Positions 21,446-34,020 of a DNA stretch of 64,000 nt are shown piece by piece. A program made the position numbers and the translations under genes. This DNA is from Blepharisma stoltei ATCC 30299 (lineage: Eukaryota; Protista; Ciliophora), in contig CBFDEM010000012.1 of NCBI GenBank assembly GCA_965603825.1, positions 372,001 through 436,000 on the forward strand, given 5' to 3'. The notes under the pieces are model-generated. The model was not told where the DNA came from, searched no databases, and saw only the letters and a program-made list of their open reading frames with translations. Position 1 is the first letter of the stretch, and each line of letters opens with the position of its first letter.

Positions 21446-23197
21446 TTATAAAACCCCCATATCTGAAGAATTATGAGACCTGCGCTCAACTGAAGGAGAA
21501 GTTGACGCATCAAATAAAGCTTTATCAAGAGGAAGCGGCTTCCAAATTTTGGGCGTGAATGCTGCGTTGTCAAGCCCAAGTGTATATTGGTTCTCGAATG
21601 AAGCTGCTGGAATTCATATAGGTCCGCCGCTTAATTTTCTGATTTTTCTCTTTTCTTTGAGGGCTTCTAGTTTGACTTTTAGGTTTCTTGGGCTTTTAGT
21701 TCTATTTCTGGAGGATTTTTTGGGTATGTAGTCATCATGGGTATCAATTTTTGTCATAAAAGAAATAGTGGATGCCATGAAATTTGCGTGCTCAACTTCA
21801 GATGGTAAATGATAAGGAGTTTTGCTGGATAGCGGAATATCGTTAACTTGGGTTAGCTGAATAGGAGGGAGAAGTCTTCCTCCAGTGATAGCGCGATTTC
21901 CTACAACTGGAGGAGAAAAAATCAAGAGATTTCTTGTCTTTGGCCGATAATCTCGGCTCAAGCTTCTCCCTTTTGCAAACACGCAAGCTGTGGATAAGTG
22001 AAGCCTACTTTCCACATCAGTTTCAGGATGGACTTCAAATGTCTCCTTTATTGCTCTTTCTTGCATAACAGGTAAAACTGTCACTTCTTTCAAATTTGGG
22101 TCAACTGAATGTGAAATTTTCCCTTTTCTGACTTTTTCTTTATATCTTTTTTGTATTTCTGCTTGGATCCTTTTGGCTTCCTTAAATTCGTCTTCTGAAA
22201 TTCCATCAGGCCTTTCTTCGTCCTTCTTTTCTAAACTTTCATCTGTAATATCATCCTTATTTTCTAGTTCGTTTTTATTAGGCGATTCTGTAAGCCTTGT
22301 GGGGCTTGGAGCTCTGTTATTAGTCTTATTAAGGGAGGCTAGGTATTTCTGATACATTTCTTTATTTTGCATTGCAGCTTTTCTTTGTTTAATCCTTTGG
22401 AGTCTTTTCTTTATAATGATAAAGGTTAATCTTTTACTTCTTCAAAACTTTTTTATCGATAAAATTGCAATTTTTTCTTTGATTTCTACTAATCTTTTTT
22501 CTCTGTGTTTAAGAAATTTTAAATACTTCACTTTCTGCTTGCATAAGATTGACCTTAGTGCCCTTCTAAGAATCCTCGATGCTTTTTCTTCTTTATCACT
22601 ACAGAATAAGTCATAGCATCGACGTAAAATTAATAAATGCTTTCTTACTAAAAAGCGTTTAAAAGCCCTTTGCAATGTAATGGCAGCCTAACTAAATTTT
22701 ACCTCAACAGTATGTGAACCTAAGTAGAATAAGCATTTGTCAGCTTGATTCGCCATATCATGAATGCTTCACGCAGCTTCTTGTTTCCTTCGATTAAGGA
22801 TCAATTTTTCTGTTTTTAATGTAGCTAAAAAACGCCTTGCGTGCTTTTGAATAATTTTGGCTGCTTCTTGGTATTTAATTTTGACTCCATTGTAATTTTG
22901 TAGCTCTTTTTTCATTATTTCTTCTCATTTCTCGCCAATTTGTCTATCCTGAGCTGCTCTTTGTCTTGCTTGAGCTTGCTTTGCAAGCTGAGACTCTTTA
23001 TAAACTGTGCTCGGCAGTAACAGATTTTTAGTAATCAGAGATTTCGACTGTTTCGATAAAAAATCTTTTGTATAAAAAATTGACAATGTCTTGCTGAATG
23101 AGGCGGAAGTTCCATGCCAAGGACGTAAAGATACTGGGTCATCTTGGGATATCATAAAAGTTGATCCTGGGCGAAAACCATAAGGACGATTCAACAT
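21446..23197 (-). CDS. IQ-motif basic coiled-coil protein (one 15-nt intron, four TGA-Trp)
   Basis: Three ORF fragments join via TGAs and intron 22688-22702. IQ-like motifs AAKIIQKHARRFL and AAITLQRAFKRFLVRK; stop TAA at 21446-21448. Confidence 0.75.
22688..22702 (-). other. 15-nt spliceosomal intron
   Basis: Sequence gtaaaatttAgttag, phase 0. Retention ends in an in-frame TAG; removal yields EAAITLQR (IQ motif). Confidence 0.85.
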
Positions 23198-23559
23198 TTT
23201 AATTAAATTTCTTAAAGACAAATCTGAATTATAAAAATAAGAAAAATATTTAACATATTTAAGCTTTTAGCACATCATTTTAATGATTTTATTGAAATTG
23301 AATCAAAGTGCAACAGCATAATAATTCAAAAAATCAACTTATATTCTCCTCTTTATAACTAAATTTTATCCACATGATATCGCTTAGGATTGTCGGAAAT
23401 CATAAATTGATCATTTGAAATTTGCTCTAGATTTTGCATACAATATTTTTAAATTGCTTAACATTCTAGCATCTACTAAAAAAAAACCAATCACTCATGT
23501 CTTCTAAAAACTCTATATTCCATTAATCTAAATTTGTTACCACAAGTCATTTTATAAAC

Positions 23560-24562
23560 ATGGATTCACGTTTGAGTGCTTTTAACTCCGGTTTAACGAA
23601 GCTTACTGTTCCTCCTCGAACATATACAGAAACACAAACCTCTTCCCCACGCACACCACACTCATCCACTTATAGCCCTTCAAAACCGTAATATCAAATA
23701 CAGTCCTCGATCCAAAGGGAGCCCAATAAACCCTCAAAACACAGAAAAAGCAAGCGCCAGAATTATTCAAAGCAATTTAATTTATGTGATTAATTTACCT
23801 CAGTCAGCAGCTGATGAAAGCATATTGCGAAGTAAAGAGTACTTCGGCCAATATGGTCGCATAAACAAATGCTCTCTAAACAAAGGCTTTATTTTTACAA
23901 ATAGTTCGAATACCCCTGCATATGGAGCGCACATAACTTTCTCTACAGATGAAGAAGCTGCCCTATGCATAAAAGCTTGCCATAACTACGAGCTGGACGG
24001 AAAACCGTTAACAGTCACCTATGGCACTACAAAGTATTGTAATTTCTTTTTAAGTGGCCAAGTATGCCCTAAAAAAGACTGTTTATATCTTCACAAAGAA
24101 GCCCCACAGACAGATACTGTCCTTCGTGAACATATGCCGAGCAAGCATATACAAGGCCACGACGCTGTTATAGACAAAATCCGCGTTGTTGTACAGCCAC
24201 CGAATCAACCTTATAAGTTGCCTTCAGCAAGAGTGGTCAGAGAAAGGGCTGCCAGTGAAATAATTCCGACGATGCCTTCGCAAAGTAGAATTAGGTCATA
24301 TTCAAAAGAATTCAATCTTCATAGTCTTGTGAATCTTGTAGATGAAGGTGATGAATCTCCACCAGAAGTCCCGCAAATTTTTAATAAATTGAGACAAATT
24401 GCATCACCATGCAAAGATTTAGTTGAAGTTTCAACAGAAGACATTGAAGAAATTATGAGCCCAAGTAGTCCTGACAAATGAGCCGCAGATGTGCTTGAAT
24501 TTTTACCTGGAAGCAAAGACGAAGAAAAAGTGCTGGTGTCTTCAAAAATTCGGATTAATTAG
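23560..24562 (+). CDS. NOT4/CNOT4-like RRM + CCCH protein lacking the N-terminal RING
   Basis: ARIIQSNLIYVINLP...EYFGQYGRI...AHITF...A..CI...GTTKYCNFFL....CPKKDCLYLH is the Not4 RRM-C3H signature. ATG 23560 is joined via the 16-nt intron 23688-23703; TGA 24479 = Trp; stop TAG 24560-24562. Confidence 0.8.
23688..23703 (+). other. 16-nt spliceosomal intron
   Basis: Sequence gtaatatcaaAtacag. Removal is required to restore the frame between ATG 23560 and the RRM. Confidence 0.85.
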
Positions 24563-24685
24563 TTTATATTATGCAGTAAACCTTCAAAAATAATATCAAT
24601 ATCTATTTTTCTTCTTCATGAACTATTTGAAAATTAGCCAAATAGCTTAAACATAAATTTAAATTAAAATAACAATAATTTTAAT

Positions 24686-27600
24686 ATGAATAGAGAGACT
24701 CTTCAACAGCAAAAAATTTTTTATACTGCAGGTGGATTAGAACCAGAAGAAAATGATGGGATTATTACAGGGCTTCAGTCAAAATTGTTAGCATTAGAGC
24801 AAAAGTATATAGATTTCGTCGGAAAATGTGCTAATGTACTACAAGAAAATACTTCACAAATAAATCAAGAAACCTATAGTCAGGATGCTGGAAACAAAGA
24901 GTCTATCAGTGAATTGTTAGAAGAAAAGAAAAAAATTCAAAATGATTTAAATTCTGTAATTGATGAGAAAAATAATATAAAAGCAGACAAAAAATCAAAG
25001 CTGAAAACAATTGAAGAAAAAATTTTTGAGCTTTGTATGAATAATAGTGAAAATAGGAAAACTGCGAGATGAATTATTAGTGAAATTAAGCTAATGGTGG
25101 GAGTCCAAGACAATGAGGAAGGGTTTAACAGAAAATTTGAAAAAGAATTGCAAAGGGAGAAAGACAAATATTTCAAATTGATTAAAATGAAAGATATGGA
25201 AAATTTGAAATTGAGAAAAGAAAAGCATGGACTTGAGAAGATGGTAAAAGAATTAAATAAACAAATAAGGGATTTCAAAAATTGCCAAGAAACGCCATGC
25301 AAAATTAGAACTGAAGGATCAAGGCCAGCATCTAGATGTGAAGGAAACGAAATAAAAAAGCTGAGAATGAGCGTTTCAGGATTTTCTCCTGCTCGATCAG
25401 CTGTTTCTGGGTCTCCAGTCCCTGCAGCAAAGCATAGACAAACGAGCAGAGAACTAATAAAATCATTCGCTCCAAAAACAAAAGAATTTAGCCCTCTTCG
25501 GATATCAAAATCCAATTCTCCTATTTCTAGATCAGTATCCCCACAAAATAAAGAATTTCATAATATTAAAAAAGAATTGATAGAAACTAAGCAAAGGCTA
25601 GAAAAAACAATTGAAGAAAGAGATATCTTTAAGGCATGAAAAATAAACCATATGAAAAATAACTCAGTTGGATTATTAGCGACTACTTCTAATCAGGATA
25701 CAGAAAGCAAAAATGCTAGCAGCACTATAGCTCTTATTCGAGCTAAAGCTAATACAGTTATAAAAGCAGCTAAAAATTTCATTGATGCTACCATAAGAGC
25801 AGAAAGAGCCATTTTAAATGCAGAAGCTGATAGAAGCGAAACCCTTGAAAAGTGTGAAAATTCTAAAGCAAAGCTTAGACAGATTATAAGGGATTTTGAA
25901 AGTGATAAATTTTTAGAGGTTATAGCAAAAACATCAAATAAAAATGCGATAAATAGCATAACAATAGAAAATAAGGAAAATGATTATTTGCAAAAGCTCG
26001 AAGAAGAAATTCAAATAGAAAAAAATAAAAACGAAAGCTTTAATAAGATTATTGAAGAGAAAAGTAGAGAAAATAAAAAAATTAAGAGAGAAATGGAAAA
26101 ATTGAAAGAGGAAACGAATAGTGAATTAAAAGAAAAAGACAAAGTAATAGAAGATTTGAAAATTCAAAACTCTGAATTGAAGACTACTATGAAAAATATG
26201 AAAGAAATTTTTCACCAGTCTCCAAAAGCTAATCAAGAATTATCGAAAATTAGAGAGGAAAAAAGTAAAACTGAAAAAATGCTACTCATGGTGAAAAACA
26301 TATTTATAAATGAAATGTTGATTTATGACAAAAAGATTGATGAATTTTCTAAGAATATTTCACATATCATTATGCTTAATGAAAATAAAGTTAAGAAATC
26401 GAAAGAAATATTATATAAAATCAAAATGATGTGCAAACAAAATATTTCTGATTTAAAGGAAAAAGCATTGAATAACGAAAAAAATAATAACTTAATAAAT
26501 GAGCTGAAAGAATCTAACAAAGCACTCAAAAAATCCCAAAAAAATAGTGATGATACTTACAATCAGAAATTGAAAGAGCTAAATAAAAAATTAAGGGAGC
26601 TTGAAGATACAAAACAAATTCTTGAAAAAAAACTTGAAAATGCTAATGAAACCCAAGACATGAATGAGTCTAGCAAAAACACCGAATTTGAGAAACTAAT
26701 GCAAATAAATTCAGAATTAAGAAGTGAAATTGATATTCTTGAAAAGCAAATTAAAACACAAAAAAAAGAATTTGATGCATTTAGCATTCAATTAGAAATA
26801 GAAATGAAAAGCGAAATAGAAGACCTTGAAAGTAAGATAAAATCACAAAAAGAAGAATATGATAATCGAAATAACCAATTAGAAAAAGAATTAAATAACT
26901 CAAGAGAAAAATGTTATGATCTGCAAATTATAAATGAAAATCTGAAAACTGAAATAAGCAGCAATGAGTCTAAAATTCAAAGTCTTCAAGAAAACATGAG
27001 CTTAATAGAAAAAAAAGAAGCAGCTAAAATCATTGAAAAAGACTTGAAAATTGAAGAGTTCAATGAAAACATATCAAAACTTGAAATTATCATGAAAAAT
27101 AATAGCCGCGACACAGAAGAAAAAATCCACAATCTTAATGAAAAAATATTTGAATTAAATAAAATTGTACGGATCAGCACTTCTAAACTTGAGGAGAAAA
27201 TTGAACTTCAAGGAGAGCTTGAGAATGAATTGAATGAAGTTATAAATGAAAATAACGAATTAAGGTCACAAATTGATAGTGCCTATTTAGAATTGAATGA
27301 GATGAAAAAAAATATGCAAAAGGAAAAAAATATTAATAAAGAAACAAAAATTGCTATAGCTGAGATTTCAGAAAAATTGACTAATGAATTTCAATCTGAA
27401 AAAGAAAAAATTATTTCAGGGTATAATGAAAGAGTTAAAGAACTTGAAAATGAAAAAGCAAAAGTCTTATCTGACCAAAGTGAACAAATTGAAAAACTCT
27501 CTAATGAAATTAACAAACTAAATGAAGCAAAATTATTGATTCATGAAAATCTTACAACGAACATAGTACCAAATCCTGAAACGCCAACTTTAATCAATGC

Positions 27601-29323
27601 TAAAGAGATTATTGATATCGTCAACAAAATAACACAAAAAGATTATTCAGAAATAGAAATTCTTCCAAATCTCGAAAATATTTTAAGTGAAATTAAGTTT
27701 GAATATGAAAAAACTTGCGAGAGAAATTCCCAGCTGGAAAAATTTTGCATTAAATATACAGAAGAAACCACTAATAAATTAAAGGTTTTAGAAGAGGAGA
27801 GACTTTCATCTATTGCAAGAGAAAAGGAGTTAAAAGAGCAGCTTCAAGACTTGAAAATTATCAAATATGAAATTGCAAAGCAGTTAGATGATGCTAAGGC
27901 AGAATTATCCAGGCTCAATGATACTTTAGAATCAGAGAAATTAAACTCTGCTAAAATATTAGAGGAAAACGAAAATTATAACAAAATAATAGACTCAAAC
28001 ACAAATATAATCCAAAATTTAAATGAAGAAATAAAAAACCTTAAGAAGAAAAATTCTGAAATTTCAGCTGATTTTGCGAATAAAAAATCTATAATAGCTA
28101 AGCTGACAGATGACAAAGAATATTTAGAACAAAGATTACAGTCAGCAATTGCATCATCTCAGCTCTCAGGAAATCAGCTTAGAGAGCATAATATTAAACT
28201 CCAATCTCAGTTAGCTTTATTGGAATCTTCTAATAACAATTTCACCAAAATAAAAATACAGTTAGAAAGTAAAAATGCTGAACTTGAAACAGAAAGCATA
28301 GAAAACACCAAAATTATTGATGAAAAGAGCGAAATGATTGATTCTCAACAACAAAGAATAGGCCAACTAGACTATGAACTAACCCAAGCTAAATCTAAGC
28401 TAGAAATAGCTCTAAATGACTATGAGAATGAAAAGAAAAAAAATATTGAACTCACCAATAGAATCCAAAATGAAGAAATCACATATCAAACTAATATAGA
28501 CTCATTAGAAAATGAATTAAGAGTCCTTAAGCAGCAAGATAAAGGGTTAATTACAAGAAAAAACTCTGCTCCTTTAACAGAACCTCCTGGGGATGGAGTC
28601 CAATTTAAGTCTTCAAATATAAAACTATTTATTGATACTTCACAAGAAGGCTTAAGAAGAGGCTCTCATGATTCTGAAAATTCTAAAGCAAGTGGAGAAA
28701 AATCTTCAAAAAACATTCAAGAACTGATAAATCAATTGGAAAATTTCATTGAGAAAAGCAATGAAAGAAAAATTCCTGAATCATTGGTCAGTTTATTTAA
28801 TAGATATGTATCGAAGCCACAATCAATCAGCATCGATCATGACATTGATATAATTTCTTCAGAAAGTCCTCATAAAGCTAACTATCCCCAATTATCAAGT
28901 GAGTCTCCTACATCATCAGTTCACGATCATGACACTGTATCGGTTGACAGCTCGTCTCAAAGCCAAGAGCCTAACTATCGAGCCCATTTCAAAATTTTAG
29001 AGCAAAAAAAGATAATTGACGATTTGAATAAAAAACTTGCAAACAAAAAAAATAAATTGCAAACCACTTTAGAGCTCACAAAAGTTCTTAAAGAAAACAT
29101 AAAAGAACTTCAGCATAAGCAATTTATGAATTTTGATACAGAACATTTAAGAAACTCTTTTACAAATCTAGTGAAAGCTCTTCCACCTTTAAATAAAGAA
29201 TCTCAAGCAATTTTGCAAATCATTAAATCTCAGTTGAGCCTTCAAGATGATGTTGTCCATTCAGAAGGGTCCATAAGAGAAAGCAAAAAAGGAAGGTGGA
29301 GTATTTTTAATAAAAAGGATTAA
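24686..29323 (+). CDS. Large coiled-coil protein (1545 aa) with possible C-terminal GRIP-like domain (golgin-like)
   Basis: Three ORFs are in the same frame, separated only by TGA 25070 and 25637. E/K/N-rich heptads. The C-terminal FDTEHLRNSFTNLV...ESQAILQIIKSQLSL resembles GRIP (tentative). Confidence 0.75.
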
Positions 29324-29518
29324 TTTTGTTTACCCAAAAATCTATGATTAAATTTTCTGCATTATTTAGAGATTCCAGCTTCCATGGCTCATATTATAAA
29401 TTCAAATAAATAGTTGCCTTTAGCTTTCATAATTGCTGCTCATTTCATTATTTTTATTATAGTTTAAGGCTTATCATTTAATTTTTTACAAGAGCATAAA
29501 TACATTCCTAATGATAAA

Positions 29519-30109
29519 TTAATTAAGATTTTTATAATGCCAGTTTCCTGAATCTCCTCTTTGCTCATACATTCTTTTCGATTGTGGAAAGATTGCCTTC
29601 AAATCACAAAAGATTCCTGATCCTTGTGGTGTTCTTATCGGTGCGAAAATTGCTTCAGGATCATGCTTTGCATTTACTTCCTTTCAATGGCTCATCACAT
29701 CTTTAGCCCATACAGGGACTTTATAATTGATTTTAAATCCTTCATTCTCTGAGTCGCTTTCAAAATCAGCCTGCTCATCTACAATTGTACTCGCATCGCT
29801 TACCTTGGCACTCGCTTTAAATTTTTTTATCCCGGTGCTTGAGCACACAGGTTTTCTCTTCAGCGTGAATATATTTTCACTCATACTTGGCTGATAAGAA
29901 ATCGAAGGATCCCGCCAAGATTTCAGAACTTTAGATGCAAATGGACTAAGAATTTTTGGATTTGTACTGTTGCGCAGCTGAGAAAGAATTTTTTCTTTTG
30001 AACTCTGTAACTGTGATTTCATAGCTTGCTGAAGATTTTCGGCTTCGAGGTTGGTCTCATCAATCAGTTTTTCAATTTTCCTAATGTGGGGTTGGATTTG
30101 GTCAAGCAT
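29519..30109 (-). CDS. Short INCENP-like protein with Aurora-binding IN-box (196 aa)
   Basis: Reading through TGA 29684-29686 gives KVPVWAKDVMSHWKEVNAKHDPEAIFAP...CDLKAIFPQSKRMYEQRGDSGNWH then TAA 29519. This fits the IN-box pattern P.WA...DP..IF...DL..IF...R..S..W. Confidence 0.75.
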
Positions 30110-30132
30110 TTTTCAATTTAAATAGATTTATT

Positions 30133-30801
30133 ATGGAGCTTAGGCAAAGAGTATTTACAGCTGAAGTACCAGAAGAAGAACACATAGGATTATTAAGGTT
30201 TGAGTCATTGAATCAAGAAATGCAATATATGGAAGAGCTTAAAAATGACACAGAAATTATGGAAAAGACTATGAAGCTCAATGAAGAGATTTTTGAAGCT
30301 GTAGAGGATAGAGATAAAGAGAAACTTGACAATCTTTTAAAAAATAGAGGAAATATTATTTTATTGTGCTGATATATAGCAAGGGCTTTTAACTTAGCGC
30401 TTTCAAATAATGATGTGGATATTCTTCAATGTTTTATAAAAAATGGGCTGGATTTAAGCCACGCTATTTTTAAAGGAACCTTGCCAAAGTTTGCATTGAG
30501 TTGGATTGATGATGAAAATTATTATAAAGTCCTAGATCTTTTGCTTGAAGGCGGATTACATATTGATGATATGGAAAGTGAGGGATATAATACTGCGTTG
30601 CACTTTGCTTGCTTAAGGCTAGAAAGAAGCTTAGTAGAGTTGCTCATTAGAAAGCATGCAAATGTAAATCCTATAAATAAACTCAAATTAATGCCGTTGA
30701 ATTTAGTTGAAAATATATCTGACTCAGAAGCCTTGAGAATCGCCGAAATTCTTCGAAATGCAGGAGGAAAAAATAAGTGGAATGACTATTGACTAGAATA
30801 A
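30133..30801 (+). CDS. Ankyrin-repeat protein (222 aa)
   Basis: Joined via TGA 30370-30372. Ankyrin motifs GYNTALHFAC...LVELLIRKHANVN...MPLNL. The last TGA at 30790 is followed by CTA GAA TAA. Confidence 0.8.
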
Positions 30802-30816
30802 AAAATTTTAAGTAAT

Positions 30817-31374
30817 TTATTTTAAATCAGCTGATTTTGCCAGCAGGTTAGCGAATAAGCCTTCAGATTTCATTCTTCCTGAAAGGCATTTAATTTGGTT
30901 CGCTTTAAGTTCAATATCGTGTATATTTGTATAATCAAAAGTCAGTTCTTCGAATTCTGGAACGACTTCATTTTTATGGCTTCCAAACGGTGCTTTTGGG
31001 AAAACTGGGACTCTTATTGACTCGGTATTCGTTTTTATCGTTCTAATTTGAGATTTAAGAGAACTTGCTAACGTTTTATAAGGAATTGCTAATCGAAATA
31101 GTCGCTTGCTGTGATCAGGGCTAAAAGACAAATCTGATGGAGACAGAGGAGGTAATGTGGCAGATTTTAGCTTATTTAGAAAGCTTTCTTTTATAGGGGG
31201 CAGGCTCGGTGTTGATAAAGTATTGTTACATATGCTTGTTTTGGAACAGTCAATTCTAAGCTTTCTATGGATTTCGGAGGCGGTAGTTCGCATTGTAAGA
31301 GACCGTCTTTTCCAAACCTGGCTTGATAGAATACGCTCAATATCGCTATTGCTAGCATTCTGGTCCTTGTTCAT
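30817..31374 (-). CDS. Hypothetical Ser/Pro-rich protein (185 aa)
   Basis: Uninterrupted ATG-to-TAA ORF. No recognised domain. Confidence 0.65.
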   Translation of the reverse strand: MNKDQNASNSDIERILSSQVWKRRSLTMRTTASEIHRKLRIDCSKTSICNNTLSTPSLPPIKESFLNKLKSATLPPLSPSDLSFSPDHSKRLFRLAIPYKTLASSLKSQIRTIKTNTESIRVPVFPKAPFGSHKNEVVPEFEELTFDYTNIHDIELKANQIKCLSGRMKSEGLFANLLAKSADLK

Positions 31375-31810
31375 CCTTAAATTTAAAAATATATTAATGG
31401 ATAGTAGGTAGGAATACTATTTGTATAGGTTTTAAGCTAAAAACTTTATATTAAAAAAATTATATCAGAAATTGGAAGCGGAAAAATGATAATTTATGAT
31501 ATAAAAGCATAAAAGTGTAAGGACATAAAAAATTTATAGATAAATCATTTTTATATTCGTAGAATGTAACTGATGAAAATCCGAATATAAAATTTGTGTT
31601 TAAATAATGTTAAAAGAATCAAAAAAGAAATTTAAACGCTTTTAGACATTAAAGTGCATAAAATTTGTGATTTTTGCATGCAAATTTAAAATTAGACAAA
31701 ATTATGTATAAGTTTGTTATGTTACTTTTTAATTAAATTCGATAAAAATAATTGAAAATCCTATAATGAATTATTCTCTTAATTTTTGGAATTGCGATAC
31801 GCTACCTTAA

Positions 31811-33193
31811 CTATGAGCCTTCATCTTTTATTTCATATAAGGATTTACTTCTTGCTCTATTTTCATTTTTTACATTTGACCTATTTTTTACATAATTTTT
31901 TTCTAATTCATGGCCTTTTGTTTTGTGTGACATACTTCCTCTTTTTCTCTTTTTATCAGAATCAGCGCAAATGATGTCATCAGTATGTGTCCTACTTTTT
32001 AGTCTGCCATTTGATTTTTCCTTTGTAAACCATCTGAGCTTTAGTAGCTCTTTTGCATTAAGTCTAGCTGCTGGACTGGAGCTGGTCATTTCCATAATAG
32101 TATGGATTGCTTCGCAAGAGGCCATTAGAAAATACTTGCTATCAAAAAATATTTTGCATCTTTTGTTACTTTCAATGACTTCATTTGCTGTGTCACCTGT
32201 AAAGGGAGATTGATTATATAAAAGTATATACAATAGTATTCCTGCACTAAAAACGTCAGCTTTTAGGCCATATGGAATATTTCTAATAATTTCAGGAGCC
32301 ATATATCCAGGAGTCCCACAATATGCGGTTTCTTTATCTTTTAAATACCCTGAAAAGCCAAAATCTATCAATTTAAAATGTGAAGTGCTTTTTTCAGACA
32401 ATAATAAAATGTTTTCTAGCTTAATGTCTCTGTGAATTATGCTAGAATCTTCTAAATATACAAGTAATTCCAGTAGTTTTTTCATGAATTTTCTTGATTG
32501 TTTTTCTGATAAAGGGCCTTCATTATGCAATCTGGCTAAAAGACTTCCACCTTTTATATAATCGAGGACTAATTGTATGTGGGTTTCAGATTCATAAACT
32601 TTATGGATCTTGACAATATTCGGATGATCCAGAGTTCTGAGAATATCAATTTCATTCACCATCCCATTAAAAGTATTTTTACTTTTAATAAGTGATTTAT
32701 CAATTGATTTTATTGCATACTCTTTATCTGTACAAAGGTCTCTGGCTAAGTACACATTTGCATAGCTCCCTTTCCCGAGGAGCTTCATTATTTGATAATC
32801 ATCTTCAATTTTTGTCATGATCCCAACCATTGCTAGATAGTCCATCCATTTATCTAGTTCTTTCATCGAAGATGTGTAAAATATTTTGCTATGTTTATGC
32901 AAAATAATTTGAAAACCATATTTGACAGTATCCTCTCTTTCTTCTATAAATGGCTCAATTACTCTAAATTTTATAACTGCTTGCTTATTTGGCTTTAAGT
33001 GCCCAGGTTTGGAAGAATATAAATATTTGTTTGTCAAAGAAAAAAAACTTTGCCTTGTTTTTCCAGAAGATTTGAGCTCTAAAAGCATGCCTTGATATAA
33101 CAGTTTATCAGTCTCTAAAGAACGATGGCTTTCCACTTTCTTTCAGAAAGGAGTTTTGTGTAAATATTCTATTTCTTCGAAAAGTGATTGCAT
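31811..33193 (-). CDS. PH-like domain + CAMK-group Ser/Thr kinase (460 aa)
   Basis: Intact GKGSYANV, YAIK, HRDIKLEN, DFG, CGTPGYMAPE motifs. N-terminal PH-like region ending ELDKWMDYL. ATG 33193 is in frame through TGA 33143-33145. Confidence 0.9.
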
Positions 33194-33551
33194 TTTATTC
33201 TTTTTATTATCATATTAAAACCACCATTTTACCAGCTTGGGCAGTAAATTAAGATTTAAGCATTCTAATTAGTAAAGAGAAAGATATGGCATATCGAATT
33301 TTTAAAAACGAAAGCCTGAATTAGAGCTATATTTTTTTGGAATTTTATTATTAAAATTATATTGGCTTAATACAGCGTATAAACTCAAGTATCAGTACCA
33401 CAATACTTATTATCAACAAATCTTTCCCAATATTACACAAATTATCTAGCTTCTAAAATAGATATATTAATAAATAATAAATATACAAATTCTCTTATTT
33501 AAATCAAAAATATTATTTGAAACTAAATACAAGTCTCTTAAAGTTAATAAA

Positions 33552-33878
33552 ATGTCAAAGCAATATGATGAGACAGGATTCTCAGCTCCTATTGGTCCAG
33601 ATTCTACCTGCTCTGAGCTTGTTGGATTTTTAAAGCCTGTTATAGAAGAAAGCGTTGGGAAAAGCTATCGTTGGATGAAGTGCGCTGAATATAGAAAGCA
33701 AGATATTTATGGAACCAATTACAAGATTAAGGTCAGAACAGCAGATGATGAGTACATGCATTTGCACGTTTATAAGCCTCCAAACCGTCCAGCTCAGCTT
33801 AATTACTTGGAGAGAAATAGAACAAGAGAAGAATCTTTAGGTCTTCCATTTGATCTTACAAGCATCAGGAATTTCTAA
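33552..33878 (+). CDS. Stefin/type-1 cystatin-like protein
   Basis: EYRKQDIYGTNYKIKVRTADDEYMHLHVYKP resembles stefin Y+.QVVAGTNY.IKV..G...Y.HL+VF. No signal peptide. Confidence 0.8.
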   Translation: MSKQYDETGFSAPIGPDSTCSELVGFLKPVIEESVGKSYRWMKCAEYRKQDIYGTNYKIKVRTADDEYMHLHVYKPPNRPAQLNYLERNRTREESLGLPFDLTSIRNF

Positions 33879-34020
33879 TCCTATCTTAAGGTTAAATATT
33901 GATGAGTTCAAATAATTCAGAATATTAGTTTATGAGGTTAAAATCTCAATAAATTGAAGATTTTGTAAAAATTTCTTGTAAGGATTTAAATAAGCATCCC
34001 AAATCTCTATAAACTTTAAA

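Noticed and set aside
25652-29323. Repetitive A-rich sequence suggesting a repeat array
   Set aside because: This is the compositional effect of Glu/Lys/Asn heptads. No discrete nucleotide repeat unit is visible.
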